Part shown: positions 33,654 to 42,134 of the stretch, in pieces
How positions within the stretch are numbered: the stretch's first letter is position 1
Layout of the letters: the number at the start of each line of letters is the position of its first letter
Notes under the pieces: model-generated
What the model was told of the DNA's origin: nothing
Databases searched by the model: none
The model's input: only the letters and a program-made list of their open reading frames with translations
Program-made: the position numbers and the translations under genes
Assembly: GCA_027624555.1 (NCBI GenBank)
Contig: JAQBWN010000002.1
Span: 1 to 59,524 of the forward strand
DNA from: a bacterium
GTDB lineage: Bacteria; Patescibacteriota; Andersenbacteria; UBA10190
DNA: 59,524 nt
Direction: 5' to 3'

Positions 33654-36479
33654 ATGTCTCTCGACAAGGTCAAAAAGCGAAACGGTTCCATTGTAGATTT
33701 CGATCGCGCACGAATTCAAAATGCTATCCACAAGGCGTACCACGCAACTCGCGGGCAAACAGATGATCCTGTTTTAGAAAACATCGTAGACGAGGTCGTT
33801 ATTCATATAGAGACTACCTACAGCGAAACTATCCCTGGGGTTGAAAGTATCCAAGACATCGTAGAAACAAAAATTGCAGAAAAGGGTCTGTTTGATGTGG
33901 CGAAGTCGTACATCCTATATCGAGTTGCTCAACAAGAACAACGTGCCATGGAGGAAACGGAAAAAAAGCACGAAGTTGAGGAGAAAATTCAAACACGCCA
34001 ATTACACGTAAAAAACCGCGCTGGGCAATTAGTGCCGTTCGACATCGAACAAGTGCGCATCGCCATTGAAAAATACTGCTACCCCGTTTTAGATAAGGAT
34101 CAGATCAGCGTTGTATTAAAAGAAGCACAAAATAATATTTACGATGGCATTTCCACTACGGAAATCAACCAGACAATTATCATGTCGCTTCGCACTCGTA
34201 TTGAGCGTGATCCTAAATACTCGTATTTGGCTGCTCGCGTACTTACGAATGATTTGTATCGCGATGTCATTAGTACTGATGAATTCGAACCAGGGTTTGA
34301 CTCTACGTATAGGGCTGGGTTAAAAATCAGCATTGCACAAGGAGTTGCGGCGCAGCGGCTCGATCCAAAAATGAATGAGTTTGATTTTGACGCACTATCC
34401 CGAGCAATTGACCCTTCCCGTGATAAACTTTTTGAATATCTGGGAATACAAACCCTATACGAACGGTATTTTATTAAAGATTTATCTCAGCGTATCTTGG
34501 AAGTTCCGCAATACTTCTGGATGCGTGTTGCTATGGGGCTTGCGCTCAATGAAGAAAAAAGCCTCTGGACTTCCTATGCAATACAGTTCTACAACATAAT
34601 ATCTACCCTACGCTATACACCATCTACCCCAACGCTGTTTCACGCAGGTACAAGTCACCCACAAATGAGCTCTTGCTACTTAACTACCGTAGAAGACAGG
34701 CTTGATCATATCTTTAAATCATTTGGAGACAACGCACAGCTTTCCAAATGGTCTGGTGGACTAGGGAATGATTGGACAAATATTCGCGCAACAGGGGCCC
34801 AAATTAAAAGCACAAACGTGGGCAGCCAAGGCGTTATTCCTTTTCTGAAAATTTCAGATGCTACAACCGCAGCCATTAACCGAAGCGGGAAGCGACGTGG
34901 TGCTACCTGCGTATATCTCGAAACATGGCACTACGACATTGAAGACTTTATTGAGCTTCGAAAAAATACCGGAGACGACCGCAGACGTACGCACGATACC
35001 AATACATCAAACTGGATTCCTGACTTATTCATGAAGCGCGTTATCAACGATGAAGCGTGGACACTATTCTCACCCGATGAAACACCAGAGCTTCACCATA
35101 TTTTTGGAAAAGCGTTTGAACAAAAATACACGGAATACGAAGCAAAGGCTGCGAACGGTGAAATACGATTATTTAAAAGAATTCGAGCACTCGACCTCTG
35201 GAGAAGAATGATAAATAGCCTTTACAGCACAGGGCATCCATGGATAACCTTCAAAGACCCTTCCAACATACGTTCTCCGCAAGACCACGTTGGAGTTGTA
35301 CATAGCTCAAACCTTTGCACAGAAATTACGTTGAACACTTCGAAAGACGAGACTGCGGTATGCAACCTCGGGTCTATCAATATTGTTCGCCACGTAGAGA
35401 ATGGAATGTTACAAAAAGAGAAACTCAAAGAAACAACAGAACTTGCAATGCGCATGCTCGATAACGTAATAGACTTGAATTTTTACCCAACACCAGAAGC
35501 TCGCATCTCTAACATGCGCCATCGACCAATTGGACTTGGTATTATGGGGTGGCAAGATGCCCTCTATGTTCTTGGAATACAGTTCGATAGCGAAGAAGCT
35601 GTGGATCTTTCCGATGAAATAATGGAATACATTTCCTATAACGCAATATTGTCATCTTCGCAGATTGCAAAAGAAAAAGGGAAGTACGAAACATACCGAG
35701 GGTCCAAATGGGACAGGGGGCTGTTTCCACAAGATACTATTGCGTTACTAGAAGAGGAAAGAGGAATGCACATTGAAGTGGAACGCGGATCAAAAATGGA
35801 TTGGACTCCAGTACGAGAACACGTGCGCATGTATGGTATGAGAAACTCCAACTGTATGGCAATTGCCCCGACGGCAACAATTTCAACTATTGCCGGATGC
35901 TTGCCATCTATTGAGCCTATCTACAAAAATATTTATACAAAATCCAACGTTACAGGAGAATTCGTTGTAATCAATGAACAACTCATCAACGATCTTCGAA
36001 AAAATAATTTATGGAACGACCAAATGCTCGACAAATTAAAGCATTACGATGGAAGTGTTCAAGATATTCCCGAAGTTCCGCAGGATTTAAAGGACCGATA
36101 CAAAGAAGTGTTCGAAATTCGTCCTGAGTGGGTTATCAAGCACGCAGCGAGGCGCTCAAAATGGATAGATCAAAGCCAATCGCTCAACCTCTTCATTAAA
36201 ACAGAGTCAGGAAAAGATATTTCAGATATGTACATCATGGCGTGGGAAGCAGGCTTAAAGACTACGTATTATTTGCGAACACTTGGCGCAACAGGAGTTG
36301 AAAAAAGCACTATCGATATAAACATAAAATATGAACCTGCTCCTGCTCCAGTTTTAATTCCAGTTGCAGCGCCAATTCTCGTATCAAGCCTTCCGTCTAT
36401 GCCACCGCTTCCAACACTCGACACAAATTCAGCTACCAGCGGTGACCCAAATTTGAATATTTGTGAATCTTGTCAATAA
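33654..36479 (+). CDS. nrdA: ribonucleoside-diphosphate reductase alpha subunit with N-terminal ATP-cone
   Basis: ATP-cone VKKRNGSIVDFDRARI, active site SSNLCTEI and C-terminal CESC. Confidence 0.9.
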   Translation: MSLDKVKKRNGSIVDFDRARIQNAIHKAYHATRGQTDDPVLENIVDEVVIHIETTYSETIPGVESIQDIVETKIAEKGLFDVAKSYILYRVAQQEQRAMEETEKKHEVEEKIQTRQLHVKNRAGQLVPFDIEQVRIAIEKYCYPVLDKDQISVVLKEAQNNIYDGISTTEINQTIIMSLRTRIERDPKYSYLAARVLTNDLYRDVISTDEFEPGFDSTYRAGLKISIAQGVAAQRLDPKMNEFDFDALSRAIDPSRDKLFEYLGIQTLYERYFIKDLSQRILEVPQYFWMRVAMGLALNEEKSLWTSYAIQFYNIISTLRYTPSTPTLFHAGTSHPQMSSCYLTTVEDRLDHIFKSFGDNAQLSKWSGGLGNDWTNIRATGAQIKSTNVGSQGVIPFLKISDATTAAINRSGKRRGATCVYLETWHYDIEDFIELRKNTGDDRRRTHDTNTSNWIPDLFMKRVINDEAWTLFSPDETPELHHIFGKAFEQKYTEYEAKAANGEIRLFKRIRALDLWRRMINSLYSTGHPWITFKDPSNIRSPQDHVGVVHSSNLCTEITLNTSKDETAVCNLGSINIVRHVENGMLQKEKLKETTELAMRMLDNVIDLNFYPTPEARISNMRHRPIGLGIMGWQDALYVLGIQFDSEEAVDLSDEIMEYISYNAILSSSQIAKEKGKYETYRGSKWDRGLFPQDTIALLEEERGMHIEVERGSKMDWTPVREHVRMYGMRNSNCMAIAPTATISTIAGCLPSIEPIYKNIYTKSNVTGEFVVINEQLINDLRKNNLWNDQMLDKLKHYDGSVQDIPEVPQDLKDRYKEVFEIRPEWVIKHAARRSKWIDQSQSLNLFIKTESGKDISDMYIMAWEAGLKTTYYLRTLGATGVEKSTIDINIKYEPAPAPVLIPVAAPILVSSLPSMPPLPTLDTNSATSGDPNLNICESCQ

Positions 36480-36493
36480 TATATAAATATCTT

Positions 36494-37501
36494 ATGGAAA
36501 GCATTGAAAAGAAAATCTTAAATTCAGGTACCACCGACCCAAACAAAATTCTTCCAATGAAGTATCATTGGGCACGGAAGCATTACAAAGATGGCGTTGC
36601 AAACAATTGGACGCCCGACGAAGTAAACATGCAAAAGGATGTAGAAACATGGAAAAATCCTGCAGCACTTTCTGAGAACGAGAGGCGATTAATTATGTGG
36701 AATATGGGCTTCTTCTCAACAGCAGAAAGCCTGACTGCAAATAATCTTGTGCTCACTGTTTATAAGCACATTACAAACCCGGAATGCCGGCAGTATTTAC
36801 TTCGCCAAGCGTACGAGGAAGCCGTGCATACCGACACATTCATTTACTGTTGCGATACTCTTGGGTTAGACCCCGAAGATGTGTACACCATGTACGAACG
36901 CATTCCAAGTATTCGGCATAAGGACGAGTTTGTAGTAAACATGACAAAATCACTGCTAGACCCAAATTTCAGCACGGTGGGCACAGAAAATATGCAACGT
37001 TTTGTACACGACCTTGTAGGTTTTTACATCATCATGGAGGGGATATTTTTCTACGCTGGCTTTGTGATGATGCTTTCATTCCTGCGCCAAAATAAAATGG
37101 TAGGGGTAGGGGAGCAGTTCCAGTTCATACTACGAGATGAATCGGTTCATCTTGCATTTGGTTCCGATCTCATTAATGCAATTGTGCAAGAAAATCCAGA
37201 AATCTGGACAGAAGAATTTAAGGCAACTATTACTGCAAATATTAAAAGGGGAGTGGAGCTAGAGTCTGCATACGCACACGATTGTTTACCCGACGGAATT
37301 CTTGGATTAAATGCCAGCGTTATTGATGAATATCTGCAATACATTGCGGATAGGCGCTTAGAACGCATCGGGCTCGCAAAAGTGTATAATGCATCTAATC
37401 CGTTCCCGTGGATGAGCGAAATTATGGACTTAAAGAAAGAAAAAAACTTTTTCGAAACCAGGGTAACTGAATACAAAAACGCCGGGTCGTTGAAGTGGTA
37501 A
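36494..37501 (+). CDS. nrdB: ribonucleoside-diphosphate reductase beta subunit
   Basis: Di-iron ligands EEAVHTDTF and RDESVHLAF. ATG 36494 preferred over TTG 36470. Confidence 0.9.
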   Translation: MESIEKKILNSGTTDPNKILPMKYHWARKHYKDGVANNWTPDEVNMQKDVETWKNPAALSENERRLIMWNMGFFSTAESLTANNLVLTVYKHITNPECRQYLLRQAYEEAVHTDTFIYCCDTLGLDPEDVYTMYERIPSIRHKDEFVVNMTKSLLDPNFSTVGTENMQRFVHDLVGFYIIMEGIFFYAGFVMMLSFLRQNKMVGVGEQFQFILRDESVHLAFGSDLINAIVQENPEIWTEEFKATITANIKRGVELESAYAHDCLPDGILGLNASVIDEYLQYIADRRLERIGLAKVYNASNPFPWMSEIMDLKKEKNFFETRVTEYKNAGSLKW

Positions 37502-37518
37502 TTCAATAAGGGGTGCTT

Positions 37519-37546
37519 TGCCGGCCATAGCTTTAGCGACGGCTGG
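37519..37546 (-). repeat. GC-rich hairpin repeat, family R4
   Basis: TGCCGGCCATAGCTTTAGCGACGGCTGG. Its reverse complement matches 41644-41671 at 24 of 28 positions. Confidence 0.75.
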
Positions 37547-37646
37547 AGGGGTATCGCATTGCATTCTCACTTGCAAAAAACTAGTTTCTGCGGTATACAA
37601 AGACTGGATGTTTACAGTACATTTTACGTTCTTGTTAAAGGAGTAA

Positions 37647-37850
37647 TTGATGATCGTTACGCCCGAAGAATTCAACGCCGAAGGCATGGCTACAACCTCT
37701 AGTCATAGCCCAAACCCGCCCACAAGTCCTGCACTCACAGATCAAGAATTCCGGGAAAACTTGGGGCACATACTCGCTGATCTGGAGGCGGCATACGAAA
37801 ATTTCGGTGCTATCTTGCAAGATCTTCGCGAAGCTCTACAGCAAGAGTAG
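37647..37850 (+). CDS. hypothetical small protein (67 aa) in a GC-rich cassette
   Basis: Canonical SD AAAGGAG 7 nt upstream and its own strong terminator. No homology recognised. Confidence 0.4.
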   Translation: MMIVTPEEFNAEGMATTSSHSPNPPTSPALTDQEFRENLGHILADLEAAYENFGAILQDLREALQQE

Positions 37851-37884
37851 CAAGCACTAACCATCTATCTCTCAAAATAAACGC

Positions 37885-37918
37885 AGACCAGCTTGGAACT
37901 CCCAAGCTGGTCTTTTTC
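37885..37918 (+). terminator. rho-independent terminator
   Basis: AGACCAGCTTGG-AACTC-CCAAGCTGGTCT followed by TTTTT. Confidence 0.7.
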
Positions 37919-37933
37919 TTTACAAAGCAATCA

Positions 37934-37942
37934 CGGTATAGT
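37934..37942 (+). promoter_or_regulatory. -10 box (CGG)TATAGT, 7 nt before ATG 37950
   Basis: TATAGT-TACCTAT-ATG. Confidence 0.4.
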
Positions 37943-37949
37943 TACCTAT

Positions 37950-38486
37950 ATGAAAAAAGTATTTCAGGGGAAAATATTTGCCACCTGGCAATGGGAGCAG
38001 AAAATGTACGGCGGTACTACAAAAACGTTTGAACGCATAACGCGCAGAGACTCAGTCCGCGTCATTGGAGTTATGCCCGATAAAAAGATTTTACTTGTTT
38101 GGGACGAACAGCCAGATAGGGAAGGCCTGCTCGACATGGCTGGTGGGCAAATAGACGATGGGGAAACCCCTGAACAAGCTGCGCATAGGGAATTCCTCGA
38201 AGAAACAGGATATTCCGTTGGCACCTTAACACCTATAACTACCCAAAAAATGCCTGGTAGGGTCGTTCTCTCTAACTACTATTTTGTTGGGAGGGGTTTA
38301 GTTAAACAAGCTGAACCGCAACAAAGTCCGGGAGAAAAAATTGCGCTTCGCGTATTTACGTTTGATGAATTTTTAGCCCTCGGCCAAGATGAAACGTTGC
38401 GCGACATGCGCATCCGTATTACGTTACTGGAAGCGCAACTAGACCCTAAGAAGAAAGACATGCTGTATAAACTACTTTATGAATAA
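37950..38486 (+). CDS. NUDIX hydrolase
   Basis: Nudix box GGQIDDGETPEQAAHREFLEETG. Start placed after the terminator. Confidence 0.8.
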   Translation: MKKVFQGKIFATWQWEQKMYGGTTKTFERITRRDSVRVIGVMPDKKILLVWDEQPDREGLLDMAGGQIDDGETPEQAAHREFLEETGYSVGTLTPITTQKMPGRVVLSNYYFVGRGLVKQAEPQQSPGEKIALRVFTFDEFLALGQDETLRDMRIRITLLEAQLDPKKKDMLYKLLYE

Positions 38487-39900
38487 GGAGACTGCGATTC
38501 GCGTGCGCATCGCACCAAGCCCTACGGGTAATTTACACGTGGGTACTGCGCGTGCTGCGCTGTATAACGAACTGTTTGCAAAGCACAAGAACGGATCTTT
38601 TATTATTCGAATTGAAGATACAGACAAAGCCCGCTCAACGCCAGAATATGAGCAAGCAATCTTAGATGGACTGCGCTGGCTTGGCATCTCTTGGAGTGAA
38701 GGACCAGATATTGGTGGGGAATATGCACCTTATCGACAATCTGAGCGAGCAGGGGAGCACGCAAAAGCCGTTCAACAACTTTTAGATGCAGGCAAAGCAT
38801 ATAGATGCACATGCCCGCCGAAAGAAATGACGGGTGGGGAAGTGTCTGTACATGCATGCGATTGCGACAACAAGGGCAATACGACCGGTGTCATCAGGCT
38901 CAAAGTAACGCCAGAACTTATATCTTTTACGGATATAATTCGTGGTGAAATTAAGGTGCACACAAACAGCTTTGGCGGTGATTTTGTAATCGCTCGCGAC
39001 ATCTCTGACCCGTTATTTCACTTAGCAGTTGTGTGTGATGACGAAGCGATGAAAATCTCTCACGTTATTAGAGGCGAAGATCACCTGCATAACACTATTA
39101 AGCATATTTTATTGCAGAGAGCGCTTGGGTACACTCAGCCAATGTACGCTCATTTACCGTTACTATTAGACGAACAACGTAAAAAGCTTTCGAAAAGAAG
39201 CGGGGAAACAAACATCCTTGCATTTCGCGATATGGGATTTTTACCCCAGGCTATGCTTAATTACTTAGCACTACTCGGTTGGAATAACGGAGACGATAGG
39301 GAATATTATACGCACAAAGAGCTTGCATCTGCGTTTACGTTAGATCGCGTTCAAAAAAGCGGTGCAATATTTTCACTAGGCAAGCTTTCTGCTATGAATA
39401 AAAAATATCTATCTGAATTATCTGATGCTGATTTACTTGCATGGGGACTATATCACTATAATAAAAAAAATATTTTAGTTAACAGCGAAACCAGATTATT
39501 ATACGCACTGAAAACAGAACTTGGCAGATTTGCATCGTATGACATTGAAGGAATAGATCTTTGTGAAGCGATGAACTGGCATGATACTGGCTGGATGCCC
39601 GAGCTTGATACACAAAAAATAGTCTGGAAAAAAAGTACACCAGAAGCAACCAAAGATATACTAAAAAAACTTATAGCCGTATTAGAAACAATACCTGATG
39701 ATAGCTTTACAAAGCCATTCCTTGAAGAAAACATCATGAACTGGATAGATGCAAATGCAATGGGTAGGGGAGACACCCTATGGCCAATGAGGTACAGCCT
39801 TACAGGGCGAGAACAATCGCCAGGACCTTTTGAAATTGCATCGGTTATTGGAAAAGAAGATACTTTGCACAGACTTACCTTCGCTCATGGTATACTCTAG
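38479..39900 (+). CDS. gltX: glutamate--tRNA ligase
   Basis: RIAPSPTGNLHVGTARAAL and KLSKRSG motifs. Confidence 0.9.
   Translation: MNKETAIRVRIAPSPTGNLHVGTARAALYNELFAKHKNGSFIIRIEDTDKARSTPEYEQAILDGLRWLGISWSEGPDIGGEYAPYRQSERAGEHAKAVQQLLDAGKAYRCTCPPKEMTGGEVSVHACDCDNKGNTTGVIRLKVTPELISFTDIIRGEIKVHTNSFGGDFVIARDISDPLFHLAVVCDDEAMKISHVIRGEDHLHNTIKHILLQRALGYTQPMYAHLPLLLDEQRKKLSKRSGETNILAFRDMGFLPQAMLNYLALLGWNNGDDREYYTHKELASAFTLDRVQKSGAIFSLGKLSAMNKKYLSELSDADLLAWGLYHYNKKNILVNSETRLLYALKTELGRFASYDIEGIDLCEAMNWHDTGWMPELDTQKIVWKKSTPEATKDILKKLIAVLETIPDDSFTKPFLEENIMNWIDANAMGRGDTLWPMRYSLTGREQSPGPFEIASVIGKEDTLHRLTFAHGIL
39888..39896 (+). promoter_or_regulatory. extended -10 box TGGTATACT, 9 nt before ATG 39906
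   Basis: Lies inside the last codons of gltX. Confidence 0.4.
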
Positions 39901-39905
39901 CGTAC

Positions 39906-39998
39906 ATGCATAAACGGCAAAAAAAGTGGGTAAGAATTGTATATATTATTCTTGTGATCGTTATCGGTTTTGGTATGGTCGGATTATCGTTTTACTAA
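39906..39998 (+). CDS. candidate 30-aa membrane peptide MHKRQKKWVRIVYIILVIVIGFGMVGLSFY
   Basis: Basic N-terminus plus one TM helix. Promoter-like box upstream. Its stop is 4 nt before the M23 gene start. Confidence 0.4.
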   Translation: MHKRQKKWVRIVYIILVIVIGFGMVGLSFY

Positions 39999-40002
39999 CG
40001 AT

Positions 40003-41217
40003 ATGGGAAGAAGAATAATGCACATAACAGTGGGCGCCATTACATGTGTTGCGTTGCTTTTTTCGCCGTTTTCTCTCTACGCAACTGAAGTAGACGACCT
40101 GCAAAACAAACTTCAGGCACAAAAAGAAGCGCTCAAAGAAATCGATGAGAAAATTAGTAAATTTCAACAAAAGGTACAAGAAAAACGTAGTACTGCGCAA
40201 ACGCTGCAGGGGCAAATAGAGTTGTTAAACGATGGCATAGAAAATATATCCCTAGGTATCCGAAAAACTCAGGCACAAATAAATGAAACAGATACTGAGG
40301 TGGAAAACGTACAATATGACATTGCAAAAAAAGAAGACTCAATCAACAAGGGGAAAATACTTCTCGCAGACTATATCCGCCAAATGCAAGCACTCGACAC
40401 GCAATCATCGATTGCCATATTTTTAAAATACTCTTCTCTTTCAGATGCTATAACGGAGTCAAGCACTACAGAACAATTACAAGATCAGGCACACAGAACT
40501 ATTGTCTCTATCCAGAAGGAGAAACAAGAGCTTTTGGAGCAGAAGGCGCAACTCCAAGATTTCAAACAGTCCCTGTCTTCATTAAAAACCAGACAGCAGC
40601 AGCAGCAAAGTGCACTCCGAGACCAAAATGAATCTAAAGTACAAATATTAAAAATAACCAATGCGGAAGAATCCCAATACCAAGATTTGCTAGAACAATC
40701 TAGGGCAGATGCGAAGGCCGCAGAGGCTGCAATTGCTGACTTAGATGGTAAAATACGAGAACAATTACGCGCGAGAGGAGTTGGCAATTTAGGGACAGTC
40801 GGCCTTTTCAGTTGGCCAATTGAGCCGATTTTTGGGATATCATGCCCATTCCATTGTAGCGGATACCCATATGCATACCTCATAGGCCCTCACAGCGGTA
40901 CAGACATCCCTACAAACGTTGGGACACCCATTAAAGCGCCCGCAGATGGCTACGTTGGCCGTGCGCATGATTCAGGCGGTAGGGGATACAGTTACATTCT
41001 GCTTGTACATGGTGATAATTTTTCTACGGTATATGGGCACGTTTCCGGATTTGCAACAAAGGAAGGAACCTTTGTAAAGCGAGGAGATGTAATTGGATAT
41101 ACTGGCGGAGCTGCAGGTTCTCGAGGCTCCGGATTATCTACTGGGCCCCATCTTCACTTTGAAGTTCGACTCAATAATGTTGCAGTAGATGCGCAAAGGT
41201 TTTTAGAATCCAGATAA
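40003..41217 (+). CDS. M23 family metallopeptidase with N-terminal coiled coil (EnvC-like)
   Basis: HSGTDI and GPHLHFEV Zn motifs, plus a long coiled coil. The start could instead be ATG 40018. Confidence 0.85.
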   Translation: MGRRIMHITVGAITCVALLFSPFSLYATEVDDLQNKLQAQKEALKEIDEKISKFQQKVQEKRSTAQTLQGQIELLNDGIENISLGIRKTQAQINETDTEVENVQYDIAKKEDSINKGKILLADYIRQMQALDTQSSIAIFLKYSSLSDAITESSTTEQLQDQAHRTIVSIQKEKQELLEQKAQLQDFKQSLSSLKTRQQQQQSALRDQNESKVQILKITNAEESQYQDLLEQSRADAKAAEAAIADLDGKIREQLRARGVGNLGTVGLFSWPIEPIFGISCPFHCSGYPYAYLIGPHSGTDIPTNVGTPIKAPADGYVGRAHDSGGRGYSYILLVHGDNFSTVYGHVSGFATKEGTFVKRGDVIGYTGGAAGSRGSGLSTGPHLHFEVRLNNVAVDAQRFLESR

Positions 41218-41222
41218 AATAT

Positions 41223-41348
41223 ATGGCTGATCCAGATAAACTTTTTGAATCCATAGCAGCAAAACTCCTGCCATTCTGGGGACCGTTTTACGCAATGTAT
41301 TATATAATACGATATTTAATACACGAGCTAACAAACAAGAGAAGGTAA
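41223..41348 (+). CDS. candidate 41-aa peptide MADPDKLFESIAAKLLPFWGPFYAMYYIIRYLIHELTNKRR
   Basis: Open frame only. No clear promoter or SD. Confidence 0.2.
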   Translation: MADPDKLFESIAAKLLPFWGPFYAMYYIIRYLIHELTNKRR

Positions 41349-41406
41349 TGTTCTGAAATTGTTCATATTTAGGGAAGTGGAGCGGGGAGAGCACCCCAAG
41401 CCAGCC

Positions 41407-41429
41407 AGCCCGCGCATGGCGGGTCCGCC
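41407..41429 (+). repeat. GC-rich hairpin repeat, family R5
   Basis: AGCCCGC-GCATG-GCGGGTCCGCC. Related to 32142-32166. Confidence 0.6.
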
Positions 41430-41643
41430 GTACTGGCAGATAGGTTGTAGCGCCGACGCAAGCAGTCAATACGCTAGCAACGTCCGAAAATGTACCTTTT
41501 GCGACATTACATACGTTCCATGGTAGTTTTCCACAGATACGAACACAAAACGTAATCATGTCAATTTGGGCCACCTATGGCCTATTTTCCTGCGTATTTA
41601 GCGGAAATATACGTCACTCCCCTACGTATTTAGCGTATATTTA

Positions 41644-41671
41644 CCAGCCTTCGCTAAAGCTTCGGCTGGCA
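41644..41671 (+). repeat. GC-rich hairpin repeat, family R4
   Basis: CCAGCCTTCGCTAAAGCTTCGGCTGGCA. Confidence 0.75.
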
Positions 41672-41689
41672 GGCGTCCTGTTCCCTACC

Positions 41690-42115
41690 CTACCGGGGCA
41701 ATTTTTGCGTGCAAGAGCTAGGAGAACGCCCAGCGGTAACAGCCGCATCGTACGAGGCGTACCAAACCTGGTTTTCCAGCTTAATAGATTTGGCACTCGA
41801 GCAACTGTAATGATGAAATAACGTACTATTTTTACTACCCACATAGGTGCCCCTAGAATCGCTTGTACCGCTAACAGCACCTGTATCAGGTGATTTAGTA
41901 CCTTCACGAAGCTCTTGGAGGCTCTCAGGAGTACCAACGGAAGACGGGCATGTGTTGCATGTGCGGTCTTCAAATACTATCTGGCTTGATGCATAATACG
42001 GTGACATGATGTGCCCAGTCTGCCAGCCTATGAAGAATATCAACACAGCTGCAATACAAAGCCCTATGGTTTTATCATACTTGGCTATAAACATTTTAAG
42101 TTGAGCAAACGCCAT
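41690..42115 (-). CDS. membrane-anchored sunset / Ada-like metal-binding domain protein
   Basis: TM anchor plus C-terminal YVGSKNSTLFHHYSCSSAKSIKLENQVWYASYDAAVTAGRSPSSC. Confidence 0.65.
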   Translation of the reverse strand: MAFAQLKMFIAKYDKTIGLCIAAVLIFFIGWQTGHIMSPYYASSQIVFEDRTCNTCPSSVGTPESLQELREGTKSPDTGAVSGTSDSRGTYVGSKNSTLFHHYSCSSAKSIKLENQVWYASYDAAVTAGRSPSSCTQKLPR

Positions 42116-42134
42116 ACTAGTATAGTATCACCTT
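42116..42134. promoter_or_regulatory. 19-bp divergent spacer with back-to-back -10 boxes
   Basis: Plus strand: TATAGT, 8 nt, ATG 42135. Minus strand: TACTAT, 6 nt, ATG 42115. Confidence 0.45.

Noticed and set aside
41218-41689. Possible RNase P RNA, tmRNA or SRP RNA in the long spacers (also 48703-49130)
   Set aside because: I looked on both strands for GAGGAAAGTCC with a matching P4 partner, for a tRNA-like GGTTCGA T-arm with a CCA end and a tag ORF, and for the SRP GGAAGCAGCC/GNRA helix-8 motif. I found only a partial AGAGGAAAG at about 48995 (minus strand) with no complementary P4 strand. This cannot be excluded without a covariance-model scan.
41203-41973. ORFs 41203-41574(-), 41558-41821(+) and 41641-41973(-) in or near the repeat-rich spacer
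   Set aside because: Their translations are Arg/Leu/Pro-rich and derive from GC-rich repeats. They lack start-site signals, and 41641-41973 is out of frame with the convincing sunset-domain gene.
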